Below, piece after piece: positions 40,055 to 49,076 of a stretch of 64,000 nt of DNA (position 1 is its first letter; the number at the start of each line of letters is the position of its first letter). The notes beneath the pieces are model-generated. The model saw only the letters and a program-made list of their open reading frames with translations, was not told the DNA's origin and did not search any database. Made by a program: the position numbers and the translations under genes. The DNA comes from a virus: UHGV virus genome UHGV-0197549; one strand, 5' to 3'.

Positions 40055-40181
40055 GGCGGAAGAATTACTTCACTTTCCCCGTTACCCACCATATTGTAAA
40101 TTGAGATGCGGCATGTCTATGAACCGAAGCAGCCAGGCATCATGTTCCGATTCTTCGGTCTTTTTCCAAAAAAATGCTTTT

Positions 40182-41474
40182 ATGCAGGAAGAAAAAAACA
40201 ACGGCACAGCCACAGTTGTGCCCGCCGGTGAGCTGATGAACCTATTCTCAGCCGCACAGGAGAGTTACCAGGAAGCGCAGATACGAACTGCGGAAGAAAA
40301 CAAAGGATTTTCCAGAACAGAATTTTTTAAACTTGACAAGCTCGGCACGTACAGGCTGCGCATACTCCCGGCCATCCCGTCAGCGGACGGAACCATTGAC
40401 CGCAAGAGCTATGAGTGCCCGGTACACCAGATGCTGCTTGAGATCCAGAAGCCCTCTTCGGGAGGCAAAGCACAATCCGTTTATGTCAATGCGGTACGCG
40501 CCACCGATGCGGGACTTCCGGTTGACATCATCGACACCTACCGGAAAGCGGCGGTGGCGGCAGCCAAGGAGGCGGGCGACGAGAAGCTGGCCGAGAAGAT
40601 CGCGGGCGGCAACTATGGCGGTGGACTGAAATACTCCTACGCACACTGCGCCTACATCTTTGACCTGAACGAACGCGCCAAAGGGGTGCAGTTGCTCACG
40701 CTAAGCCATTCGCAGTACAAGGAGCTGGACGACCGCAAGTTCAAGCTGTGGCAGAAGAAGCTGGCCAAGAACCCGGGCTACCCGTGCCCCATCTCTTCGA
40801 TAAAGGATGCCTATCCGGTGGAGATCGAAAAGAAGAAGAACGGCCAGAAGACCGAGTATGTTATCTCCATTGACAACGAATCCGACACTGACGAGCTATC
40901 CATCGAGGAACTGACCGCGCTCATGAACACCCCGCGACTGTCGGAAGCGGTGGTGCGTTACAGCCGTTATCAGTTCGGTGCTACCATCGAGTTCCTGAAA
41001 CAATGCGACGTCAAGTACGGCTTGCAGATAATGGATACGGACGAGATGAAGGAAGCCATTGCCCAACTGGAGAAAGCGATTCCCAAGACGGATACAAGCT
41101 CGTTCTCCTTTGACAAGCGCAGCAAGGACGACAAGGAAACTGAGGAAAGCGGCGCGTTGTCCCTTGACATGCTGTTCGACCGCTTTGACGCGCTACAGGA
41201 GCAGTCGATGGGTGACAAGACCGAAGGCGGACAGGAACTGCGCGGAATGATACGCACCTTTATCGAACAGGAGAAACTGGACATCCGGGTGACCCGCACC
41301 ACTACCAATGCGGCACTGCTGGAGATGATCGAGAAGGAGATGCAGGGACCGGGGGAAGAACCGGAACCTTCCGCACCTTCGACAGATGCCGGCGAGCCCG
41401 AAACTCCGGTAGAAGAATCCGCCGCACCCACGGCGGCAGCGTCTGAAGAACCTACGCCCAGACGCCGGAGATAA
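40182..41474 (+). CDS. single-stranded DNA-binding protein (T4 gp32-like, tentative)
   Basis: ~430 aa from ATG 40182; FFKLDKLGTYRLRILPA resembles gp32 KLDNAGNGQAVIRFLPS; Cys/His cluster (YECPVHQ...HCAY); long acidic C-terminal tail (EEPEPSAPSTDAGEPETPVEES) typical of SSBs; sits before SbcCD. Confidence 0.45.
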   Translation: MQEEKNNGTATVVPAGELMNLFSAAQESYQEAQIRTAEENKGFSRTEFFKLDKLGTYRLRILPAIPSADGTIDRKSYECPVHQMLLEIQKPSSGGKAQSVYVNAVRATDAGLPVDIIDTYRKAAVAAAKEAGDEKLAEKIAGGNYGGGLKYSYAHCAYIFDLNERAKGVQLLTLSHSQYKELDDRKFKLWQKKLAKNPGYPCPISSIKDAYPVEIEKKKNGQKTEYVISIDNESDTDELSIEELTALMNTPRLSEAVVRYSRYQFGATIEFLKQCDVKYGLQIMDTDEMKEAIAQLEKAIPKTDTSSFSFDKRSKDDKETEESGALSLDMLFDRFDALQEQSMGDKTEGGQELRGMIRTFIEQEKLDIRVTRTTTNAALLEMIEKEMQGPGEEPEPSAPSTDAGEPETPVEESAAPTAAASEEPTPRRRR

Positions 41475-41494
41475 GCGATAATTTTTCCATCTGT

Positions 41495-41520
41495 AAGGGA
41501 GAGGCAAATGCCTTTCCCTT
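41495..41520 (+). other. stable hairpin (11-bp stem, no U tract) between SSB-like gene and sbcD
   Basis: AAGGGAGAGGC-AAAT-GCCTTTCCCTT. Confidence 0.3.
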
Positions 41521-41536
41521 CCTAACTTATACCCTT

Positions 41537-42592
41537 ATGAATCAACATCAACCCTGTATGTTGTTGCTCAACGACATACATATATCCAAAGACAACATCC
41601 CCGATTTTTCCCTGAACTGGAACGAAGCGCTATCACACTGCAAGCGTCTGGACATCCATACCATCGTACTGGGCGGAGACTTGTTCTTTTCACGCTCATC
41701 ACAGACGCTGGATGTGCTACTGGCTGTACATGATGCCTTATTAGCTGCCCGGAACATGAACATAGATGTCATTCTTGCCAATGGCAACCATGATTTAGTG
41801 AACCAGGAAGCCATACGCGGTTACTGCCATGTCTACGACCAACACGACAATGTGCTGGTGATTGACGAATACCATACCCTTTCCAACCCGGAGTGGAGTT
41901 TCATGCTCCATGTCATACCGTACTTTCCGGAAGACGGAAGCTTCACAGAGAAGCTGGATGAAGTCATTCAAAATGAGGTAAGCACCGGCAAGCTTAACTA
42001 CCTCTATATCCATGAAGGCGTCAATGGCGCACTTTCCCGTCCCGCTGAAAATGAACTGCCGGCAAATATCTTCGGTGACTTCGACAAGGTATTTGCAGGC
42101 CATTACCACAACCGTTGCACCGTGGCTCCCAATATCGAGTATATCGGCTCGGCGCGCCAGCATAACTTCGGTGAAGACGAGGAAAAAGGCTATACCGTCC
42201 TTTATGCCGACGGTACGACCGAATTTATAAAGAACCGTGCCAACAAGCGCTATATGGTGCTCGATGTCCCGGATGACAAGGTGGACATTCACCTGACCGA
42301 CCATCTGGAGGAACTCAGGGAAGACGGCAGGTACAAGGTAAAGGTACGTGTCCACTCGTCCCTCGCCGGTGCAGCCGCCATTGACAAGGATAAATTACTG
42401 GAAGCCGGAGCGGGCAAGGTGGAAGTCGTTGTCGCGGAACTGCAAGCCGTCCGGTCTGCCGATGCGGGAGTACTGGAGAAGTTTGACGGCGGAAAGATAC
42501 GCGATAACTACCGCCAATTCTGCACGGAGAAAGGAATCAGTGATTGCCTGGGATTGTCTTACCTTAAACCGGACGCGTCATGTGGAAACTAA
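41537..42592 (+). CDS. sbcD: SbcD/Mre11-family nuclease (calcineurin-like phosphoesterase)
   Basis: 351 aa; LLNDIH (DxH), VLGGDLF (GD), LANGNHD (GNHD), FAGHYH (GH.H) metallophosphatase motifs in Mre11 order. Confidence 0.75.
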   Translation: MNQHQPCMLLLNDIHISKDNIPDFSLNWNEALSHCKRLDIHTIVLGGDLFFSRSSQTLDVLLAVHDALLAARNMNIDVILANGNHDLVNQEAIRGYCHVYDQHDNVLVIDEYHTLSNPEWSFMLHVIPYFPEDGSFTEKLDEVIQNEVSTGKLNYLYIHEGVNGALSRPAENELPANIFGDFDKVFAGHYHNRCTVAPNIEYIGSARQHNFGEDEEKGYTVLYADGTTEFIKNRANKRYMVLDVPDDKVDIHLTDHLEELREDGRYKVKVRVHSSLAGAAAIDKDKLLEAGAGKVEVVVAELQAVRSADAGVLEKFDGGKIRDNYRQFCTEKGISDCLGLSYLKPDASCGN

Positions 42593-44913
42593 ATAAGATC
42601 ACCGCAGAGAATATCTGCTCGTTCAGCAACCTGCATTACGTACTGGACCAAGGCGTTACTACATTAGTATTCGGGCACAATCTGGACAATGACAGCCAGG
42701 GCTCCAACGGTTCGGGCAAGTCCGCATTGATAGAGTGCATCGCTACCGGCATCACGGGCAGCCCGTTGCGCAAGGTCAAGAATGAGGAAATTATCAATGA
42801 TGCCGCCGATGAGTGCAGCATTCAACTGGAGTTCTTCAATGACACTTCGGATGAGGTCTTTACCATTTTGCGACGCATCCTGCGTAAATGCGGTTCCACG
42901 GTAGAGTGCCGGATTGAACGTGAAGGCAAGGCTGTGACAACCGATGAAGCGGTATGTCCCGGTATAGATGCCTATAACAAGTATATCCTTGAGAAGTTGG
43001 GCATTACCAAAGACGAACTCTATAATAACTATCTTCTTTCCAGACATAAATACCAGGACTTCCTTTCTTCTTCCGACAAGGACAAGAAGGAAATCATCAA
43101 CCGCTTTTCCAATGCCAGCCTTGTGGATATAGCCATGGAGAAGGTACTGGAAGACAAGAAGCCGGTGGATGAAGCGTTGCGCAAGGCGGAACTGGAAGTT
43201 GCCGGGCTGGACGGGCGCATTGAAATGCTGGCTGAACAGATTCTCAAAGAAGAGGATTCGGCTCAGGAAAAAGCACGCACGAAAGCCCAAAGGCTGGCGG
43301 ATATGGAAAAGAGCATCGCCGGGAAGCGTTCCCTGATACGGGACTGCAACGAAGAGTTGGAAATCCTGAAAGCTTCCTATCAGGGGATTGAAAAAGCGGA
43401 CAAACAGATGCAGGAACTGGAAAACGGCGAATCCTCCATCGGGGAGTGCCTGAAAGAAGTCACCGCCCTGCTCTCTCCCCTGCAATGCGGTTCATTATCG
43501 GACTGGAACGGGATAATAACGGACAAGAAAGGCAGGATTGAAAAACTGAACGGGGAGCTTTCCGTTTGGGACACGGCTTTGGAGGAAGCGGAAAAGAAAC
43601 TGCAAGAGGTAACACGGATGCGCAGCTCCCTGCTGGAAGAATACCGTGTCTTCTTTGAAAACTTTAAAGTAAAATCGGACGGATACGATGCAGAACTGGA
43701 GCGCATGGATAAGGATATAACAGCTCTTACCGGCCGTATCACTGAACTGGGCAAGCAAAGGGCTACTCTTACATCCGCTATTGAGAACCTGAAGAACAAG
43801 CTGGCGGGGACAATCGTTTGCCCGGCCTGCCGCCACCCATTCATTTTATCAGATGAAAACTTCGATGTACAGGCTGCCCGTAAACAGGTGGAAGACAACG
43901 AGACGGAAAAGGGAAAACTGGACAACCTGCTGACGGATTGCCGCAAACAATCGGAAAGCATTGAAGAATCGGAGAAGGATATACGTACAAGCAAGCGTGC
44001 CCTTGCCGGACAGAATACCGCCTGGGAGGAAAAGCTCCGGCAATCGGAAAAGTCCGGACGGGAAGCCTTGGGGATGCAGGAAGACGCCAGCCAGGGCAAG
44101 GAACGGATTCTCCGTTCGATAAACGCCATGCAAACCGAACTGGACGGCATCCGCCGCAAGCTTTTTGACGAGGCGTTCTCATTCCTGGACGACGCTTACA
44201 GAAACGTCAAGCGGGAGAGCGACAACCGGAAGGAAGACATCAAAGCGGCGGAGAGCGCCATTCTGGTGCTGGAAAATACGATAAAGGAATTGAAGGAGTC
44301 TTCGGACGGCGATATTCTCGTCTCCCTGAAAGCCTCGCTCAAAGAGTACCGGAAGCGGTCATCGGCAGCGGTTGCCGCATTGGACAAGCTGGAGAAACAG
44401 TCCGGAGAACTGATGCGCCAGGCGGAAGTCTTTTCACAGTTCAAGTCCTACCTTGCCAATAGCAAGATCGCGGCGCTGGCACAAGTTACGAACGAGTTCT
44501 TAGAGAGCATCGGCAGCGACATCCGCCTGCAACTCTCCGGCTTTACCACCCTGAAATCGGGAAAGGTACGCGAGAAAATATCGGTCAGCCTGTTGCGCTC
44601 CGGCATGGACTGCGGCTCTTTCGACAAGTTCTCCGAGGGGGAAAAGTGCCGGGTGAACCTCGCCACGATCCTTGCCATGCAGAAACTGGTGAACGGGAAC
44701 TGCGAGGGGGACAAAGGGCTGGGCCTGATCGTACTGGATGAAATATTATCTCCGGTGGATGAGGACGGGCTGGCAAGCATGTTCGGAGCCCTGAACAAGT
44801 CCGGCATCACCGCACTGGTCGTATCGCACGGGAACATCAGCGAAAGCTACCCTTACAAGCTCATTATCAACAAACAGGATGGCAAATCCTATATCAATCA
44901 CCCAAACCAATAA
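42580..44913 (+). CDS. sbcC: SbcC/Rad50-family ATPase
   Basis: 777 aa; Walker A GSNGSGKSALIE at N-term, long coiled coil with central CPAC zinc-hook, C-terminal LIVLDEILSPVDEDG (Walker B/D-loop). Confidence 0.8.
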   Translation: MWKLNKITAENICSFSNLHYVLDQGVTTLVFGHNLDNDSQGSNGSGKSALIECIATGITGSPLRKVKNEEIINDAADECSIQLEFFNDTSDEVFTILRRILRKCGSTVECRIEREGKAVTTDEAVCPGIDAYNKYILEKLGITKDELYNNYLLSRHKYQDFLSSSDKDKKEIINRFSNASLVDIAMEKVLEDKKPVDEALRKAELEVAGLDGRIEMLAEQILKEEDSAQEKARTKAQRLADMEKSIAGKRSLIRDCNEELEILKASYQGIEKADKQMQELENGESSIGECLKEVTALLSPLQCGSLSDWNGIITDKKGRIEKLNGELSVWDTALEEAEKKLQEVTRMRSSLLEEYRVFFENFKVKSDGYDAELERMDKDITALTGRITELGKQRATLTSAIENLKNKLAGTIVCPACRHPFILSDENFDVQAARKQVEDNETEKGKLDNLLTDCRKQSESIEESEKDIRTSKRALAGQNTAWEEKLRQSEKSGREALGMQEDASQGKERILRSINAMQTELDGIRRKLFDEAFSFLDDAYRNVKRESDNRKEDIKAAESAILVLENTIKELKESSDGDILVSLKASLKEYRKRSSAAVAALDKLEKQSGELMRQAEVFSQFKSYLANSKIAALAQVTNEFLESIGSDIRLQLSGFTTLKSGKVREKISVSLLRSGMDCGSFDKFSEGEKCRVNLATILAMQKLVNGNCEGDKGLGLIVLDEILSPVDEDGLASMFGALNKSGITALVVSHGNISESYPYKLIINKQDGKSYINHPNQ

Positions 44914-44918
44914 CCACT

Positions 44919-45407
44919 ATGAAAAAAGAAAAACCAAAAGCCGAAGAACTCAGGCGGGAGCATATACTGGCTCTCGACGTGGCTACCCTTTGCGGCTATT
45001 ACAGCGTGCATGAATCCGGCACGTGGAACTTCACCGAAGGCAAGCACCGAAACGACAACAAGCAACACCTCGCACTGAAGAACACGCTGACGGACTTTAT
45101 CGTCAAATACGGCATCCGCCGGATTGTGACCGAGAACGTGTCGGTAAACAAGCACTTCTTCGACATGCGCAAGCTATCGGAGTTCCGGGGCGTATTGCTC
45201 TGCGTCTGTGACGAGCTGGATCTGCCCGAACCGGAGTTCATCAACCCGAAGGCGCTCAAGAAGTTCGCCACGGGCAACGGGAATGCCGGGAAACAGGAGA
45301 TGGTGCAGGCTTACGTGCAGCGTTTTGGTCGGCAACCGCTGGATGACAACGAGGCGGACGCCGCCTGGCTATACCACTATTACATCAGCAAATACCGTAT
45401 CAACTAA
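44919..45407 (+). CDS. RuvC-like Holliday junction resolvase
   Basis: 162 aa; ILALDVATLCGYY (RuvC first acidic motif) ... DEADAAWLYHYY C-terminal motif. Confidence 0.6.
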   Translation: MKKEKPKAEELRREHILALDVATLCGYYSVHESGTWNFTEGKHRNDNKQHLALKNTLTDFIVKYGIRRIVTENVSVNKHFFDMRKLSEFRGVLLCVCDELDLPEPEFINPKALKKFATGNGNAGKQEMVQAYVQRFGRQPLDDNEADAAWLYHYYISKYRIN

Positions 45408-45490
45408 ACCTTGGACATCTATGCAGAACAACCTTTATTTCAATGAATTGACAGCTACAGATTATATTCTGAAACTTAGCGGCTGTCACG

Positions 45491-46090
45491 ATGGGGAAGG
45501 CAAATAGCTCGCCTTACCTGACGGATGAAGAGTCCGTACGCACCCGCACGGCCCTGTTCCATAAATACGTTTACCCGTACCGGAACCTGATCTACCACAT
45601 CTGTATCAGGCAGACCCGTGACAAGGAGAATATCGACGACAACTACAACGAAGTGCTGATAAACTTCTTCAAATATGTCAGCTCTTATGACCCCCGGCGG
45701 GAAATAAAGACGTGGCTTTACGCGATTACCGTCAGGATGCTGGCGGACCTGGAACGGAAGAACAACCGGTTCACCCGCGAAGGGGACGTGGGGGCGATGA
45801 GGATGGAACAGCTTCCCGATACACCCTGTACGGAAAGCATAACGCTCGAAAACTACCGGGACATGCTCGGCGATGAAGTGCTGGGAGCCCTGAAAGAAAT
45901 CGGACCCCTGTACAGCGAGGCGCTCCTGTTGCAAGTGGAAGGATACAAGCTGGAAGAGATAACGGACATACTCTACCGGAGGGGATGTCTCAGGACAAGG
46001 AGTGTTGAAACGACCAAAAGCAGGATTTTCCTGGCAAAGAAGAAACTTAGAGAAAGGCTTACAAGAGATGGAAAACGAAAAGAAAACTAA
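45491..46090 (+). CDS. ECF-type sigma-70 family RNA polymerase sigma factor
   Basis: 199 aa; region-2-like EIKTWLYAITVRMLADLERK and region-4 HTH LYSEALLLQVEGYKLEEITDIL...TTKSRIFLAKKKLRERL. Confidence 0.65.
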   Translation: MGKANSSPYLTDEESVRTRTALFHKYVYPYRNLIYHICIRQTRDKENIDDNYNEVLINFFKYVSSYDPRREIKTWLYAITVRMLADLERKNNRFTREGDVGAMRMEQLPDTPCTESITLENYRDMLGDEVLGALKEIGPLYSEALLLQVEGYKLEEITDILYRRGCLRTRSVETTKSRIFLAKKKLRERLTRDGKRKEN

Positions 46091-46673
46091 AGAGATGATG
46101 AAGGTGTTCGCCTTCCTGATGAACCGGGTGTATCCCGGCTTTGCTTTTCCGGGAGGCGCCGCTTCCCGGCGGGCTGTGGCTTCCTGCCTCCGCTCCCTGG
46201 AAAGCTCCGGGCAGCCGGACGCGGAGCGCATGGTGGACTTCTGCGTCTGCCAGGTGTATGCCCTTTCCAACTTCGGGGAGGAATATAAGAACCGCTGGAG
46301 GGTGACCCATTCCTTCGGGAAAAAGGCACTCAGGCGTTACGCCGAATCCAAGCGGGAGGTGCGCTATTACGAGGACAAGTGGTTATACGGGAATGAGTTG
46401 AGCCGGGAGTTGCTGTGCGAGCTCATCCGTGACCGCACCTTCCACCCGCAGGCAAAGTTCATCTATCCACGGTATGAGGACCGGACGAAGAAAAGGCTGG
46501 TGGGGACGGCGTTAGGATATTACATCTGCGGCGCTTCCACGCTTCTGTGGACTCCCTTTTCCCCCGTTTGCACCGACTGTCCGAAAGCCGCCGCCTGTGA
46601 GCAAAGGACCCGTACCGCCTATCCGGAACTCTACCGTATCCGTGTGGAAGAATTTAAAGCGTCCCTGAAATGA
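46068..46673 (+). CDS. hypothetical Cys-rich protein downstream of sigma factor
   Basis: ~202 aa from ATG 46068; C-terminal CGASTLLWTPFSPVCTDCPKAAAC cluster. Confidence 0.4.
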   Translation: MENEKKTKEMMKVFAFLMNRVYPGFAFPGGAASRRAVASCLRSLESSGQPDAERMVDFCVCQVYALSNFGEEYKNRWRVTHSFGKKALRRYAESKREVRYYEDKWLYGNELSRELLCELIRDRTFHPQAKFIYPRYEDRTKKRLVGTALGYYICGASTLLWTPFSPVCTDCPKAAACEQRTRTAYPELYRIRVEEFKASLK

Positions 46674-48028
46674 TGAAGGACGGAATGAACCCGATGTCCG
46701 TGGAGTTCCTTTACGAGCTGTTCGCCACCGCCCTGCACTCAGAGATGATCTGCGGGGTGGTGGCAAGGCACGTGAAGAAGGAATACCTGCCGGACAGGGC
46801 GTTCCAGAAAATACTCCTGGCCATTTCCACCCATTACCGGAATTATAAGGAACCGCCCTCGTATGCGGTGCTCAGCCAATTATTCAACGGCGACTACGAT
46901 ACGATGGAACTGGTGAATACCTTTCAGGAAAGCGAGGGTGAGAAGAACTCGGAAGTATTGCTGGATATGCTGGAAGCCTATATCAAGGGGGTGCGCTTGC
47001 AGATGACCTACTCGGAAGTAGGCAAGCTGTACAACCTGAACAGGCAGCCGGAGGCGGAGGGGAAGCTGAAGGAGTACGCGGAGTGGTTGTCGGGCTTTAC
47101 ACTCAAGGCCACCGCCTTTGTGAACGTGGCGGAGACATTTACACAGCGTTTCTACCAGAACCGGCAGAAGGACATTGACAACCGGAACTCCCCGCTGGCT
47201 CCCGTTACCCGGTTTTATATCCCGGATCTGGATGTAATGAACAGCGGCAGGAACCTGCGGGGGCAACTAACTTGCTTCCTTGCCAGCACCGGCGTGGGCA
47301 AGTCGCATCTTGCCAAGCATATAGGTATCCGTGCCAACATTGACGACGGCCTGCATGTGCTTCATTTCCAACTGGAAGGCAGCGAGGAAGAGGCGCTGGA
47401 CGCATACTCGGGAGGGCTTATCAGCAAGAACGCTTTCTACTATGAACGCGGCAGGATATCGGATACGGAGATGAAACACTTCGAGCAGCAGGTGGCGGCT
47501 TATAAGGGCAGCATCACCGTCCGTTCCTTCCCACGGTTCAATAGTAGAATCTCCACGCTGGATATCAAGAACGGGATAGCCGAATACAGGAAGCTCAATG
47601 CCCGCTCACCGGACATTGTGATTATTGACTCAATGGACTTGCTGACGGATGCCAGCCGGAGAAACTGGGGGGAAGACCACGAACGGAGCAAACGCATCGC
47701 CGTGGCGAACGACCTCAAGGACCTAGCGGCGGACGAAAAGGTCTGGATGGTGGTAACCTACCAGGCGACGATTGAAAACAGGGACTGGCTGAATGACGAG
47801 AAAAACGTGCTCACAGAATACAACTGCTCGGAAAGCAAAGGGCTCGCACGCCCCTGTACGCACCTGATCTCCATGAACCAGTCCTCGGCGGAAAGAAAAG
47901 AGAACGTGATGCGCCTGCATGTCGCCAAAGCCCGGTTCTTCAAGAAGGGGGAAACGGTGAAGATAGCCACCGATTATGACAACGAGGTATTCTATGACGC
48001 GCGGCGGAGTATGAACTTGAAAAGGTAA
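46670..48028 (+). CDS. DnaB-like replicative helicase
   Basis: 452 aa; Walker A FLASTGVGKSHLA, Walker B DIVIIDSMDLL, RecA-fold layout in C-terminal half. Confidence 0.65.
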   Translation: MMKDGMNPMSVEFLYELFATALHSEMICGVVARHVKKEYLPDRAFQKILLAISTHYRNYKEPPSYAVLSQLFNGDYDTMELVNTFQESEGEKNSEVLLDMLEAYIKGVRLQMTYSEVGKLYNLNRQPEAEGKLKEYAEWLSGFTLKATAFVNVAETFTQRFYQNRQKDIDNRNSPLAPVTRFYIPDLDVMNSGRNLRGQLTCFLASTGVGKSHLAKHIGIRANIDDGLHVLHFQLEGSEEEALDAYSGGLISKNAFYYERGRISDTEMKHFEQQVAAYKGSITVRSFPRFNSRISTLDIKNGIAEYRKLNARSPDIVIIDSMDLLTDASRRNWGEDHERSKRIAVANDLKDLAADEKVWMVVTYQATIENRDWLNDEKNVLTEYNCSESKGLARPCTHLISMNQSSAERKENVMRLHVAKARFFKKGETVKIATDYDNEVFYDARRSMNLKR

Positions 48029-48035
48029 AACGAAT

Positions 48036-49076
48036 ATGGCGCTGTCCTTAAACGATACGGAGTTTCTCATCCGGGAGATTACCAAAGAACTGGATGCAAA
48101 GGCGGACGGTGCGGGAAAAAACCTGATTGCCCGGTGCCCCCGTTGCGGGAAAGAAGGAAAGTACGGTGTCTATGTAGGCAAAGAGACACAGCGGAAGAAG
48201 CCGTTCATGTCGCACTGTTTCAGTTGCGGATGTTCGACCTACACGCTGGAAGCATTGCTGGACTTTATAGGCAGGCCGGATTTGATGGTGGCTCCTACGG
48301 CTGACATTGACGCCCGGCTGGATACGAACCTGCTGTTCCCGCTGGAGGAAGGTGAAGAGATAGACGACGCGCTGGGCGTGGTGGAACTGCCGGACTTTTA
48401 CCGGAGATGCTTTACCCACCCTTATCTGAAATCCCGTGGGTTCACCTTCGATGACTACGAGTATTTTCCGGTGGGAACGACAAGGGGGCTCAACTTCCGC
48501 TACGATGATTATGTCGTCTTTCCCATTATTGACGAGGGTGATGTGGTGGGATACGTCTCACGCCACACTTGGAACAAGGACGAGATAGACAGGCATAACA
48601 GCCGGGTAAGGCGCAAGGGCGGATACCGGATACTGCGTTTCAGGAACTCTACGGAGAACGACTTTGTAAAGCTGCTCTATAACTATGATGCGGTAATTGA
48701 AGGCGTTACGGATACGGTAATCATCACGGAGGGGATATTCGACGTGATAGCATTAACAAGAAAACTGGAAATCTATGACAATAAACATGTGGCCGCGGTC
48801 GCCACCTTCGGAAAGAAGATATCCCGCACGCAGATTTACAAGCTGCAATGCAAAGGGGTAAAGACCGTAATACTGGGTTACGATGGAGACGCTGTTGAAG
48901 CCATAAAGAAGACAGCCGGTGAATTGAACGCTTACTTCCGGGTATTTATTGCCGACATACCGGATGCAGGAAAAGATTGGGAGGACCTCGGGGATGAAGA
49001 GATATACGGCATATTCTCTTACCGGTTGAGGACTCCCGCCGAGTACCGACTTTTAAAAGTTCAGGAATTAAAATGA
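48036..49076 (+). CDS. DNA primase (zinc-ribbon + TOPRIM)
   Basis: 346 aa; CPRCG...CFSCGC zinc ribbon; TOPRIM IITEGIFDVIAL and GYDGD. Confidence 0.65.
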   Translation: MALSLNDTEFLIREITKELDAKADGAGKNLIARCPRCGKEGKYGVYVGKETQRKKPFMSHCFSCGCSTYTLEALLDFIGRPDLMVAPTADIDARLDTNLLFPLEEGEEIDDALGVVELPDFYRRCFTHPYLKSRGFTFDDYEYFPVGTTRGLNFRYDDYVVFPIIDEGDVVGYVSRHTWNKDEIDRHNSRVRRKGGYRILRFRNSTENDFVKLLYNYDAVIEGVTDTVIITEGIFDVIALTRKLEIYDNKHVAAVATFGKKISRTQIYKLQCKGVKTVILGYDGDAVEAIKKTAGELNAYFRVFIADIPDAGKDWEDLGDEEIYGIFSYRLRTPAEYRLLKVQELK

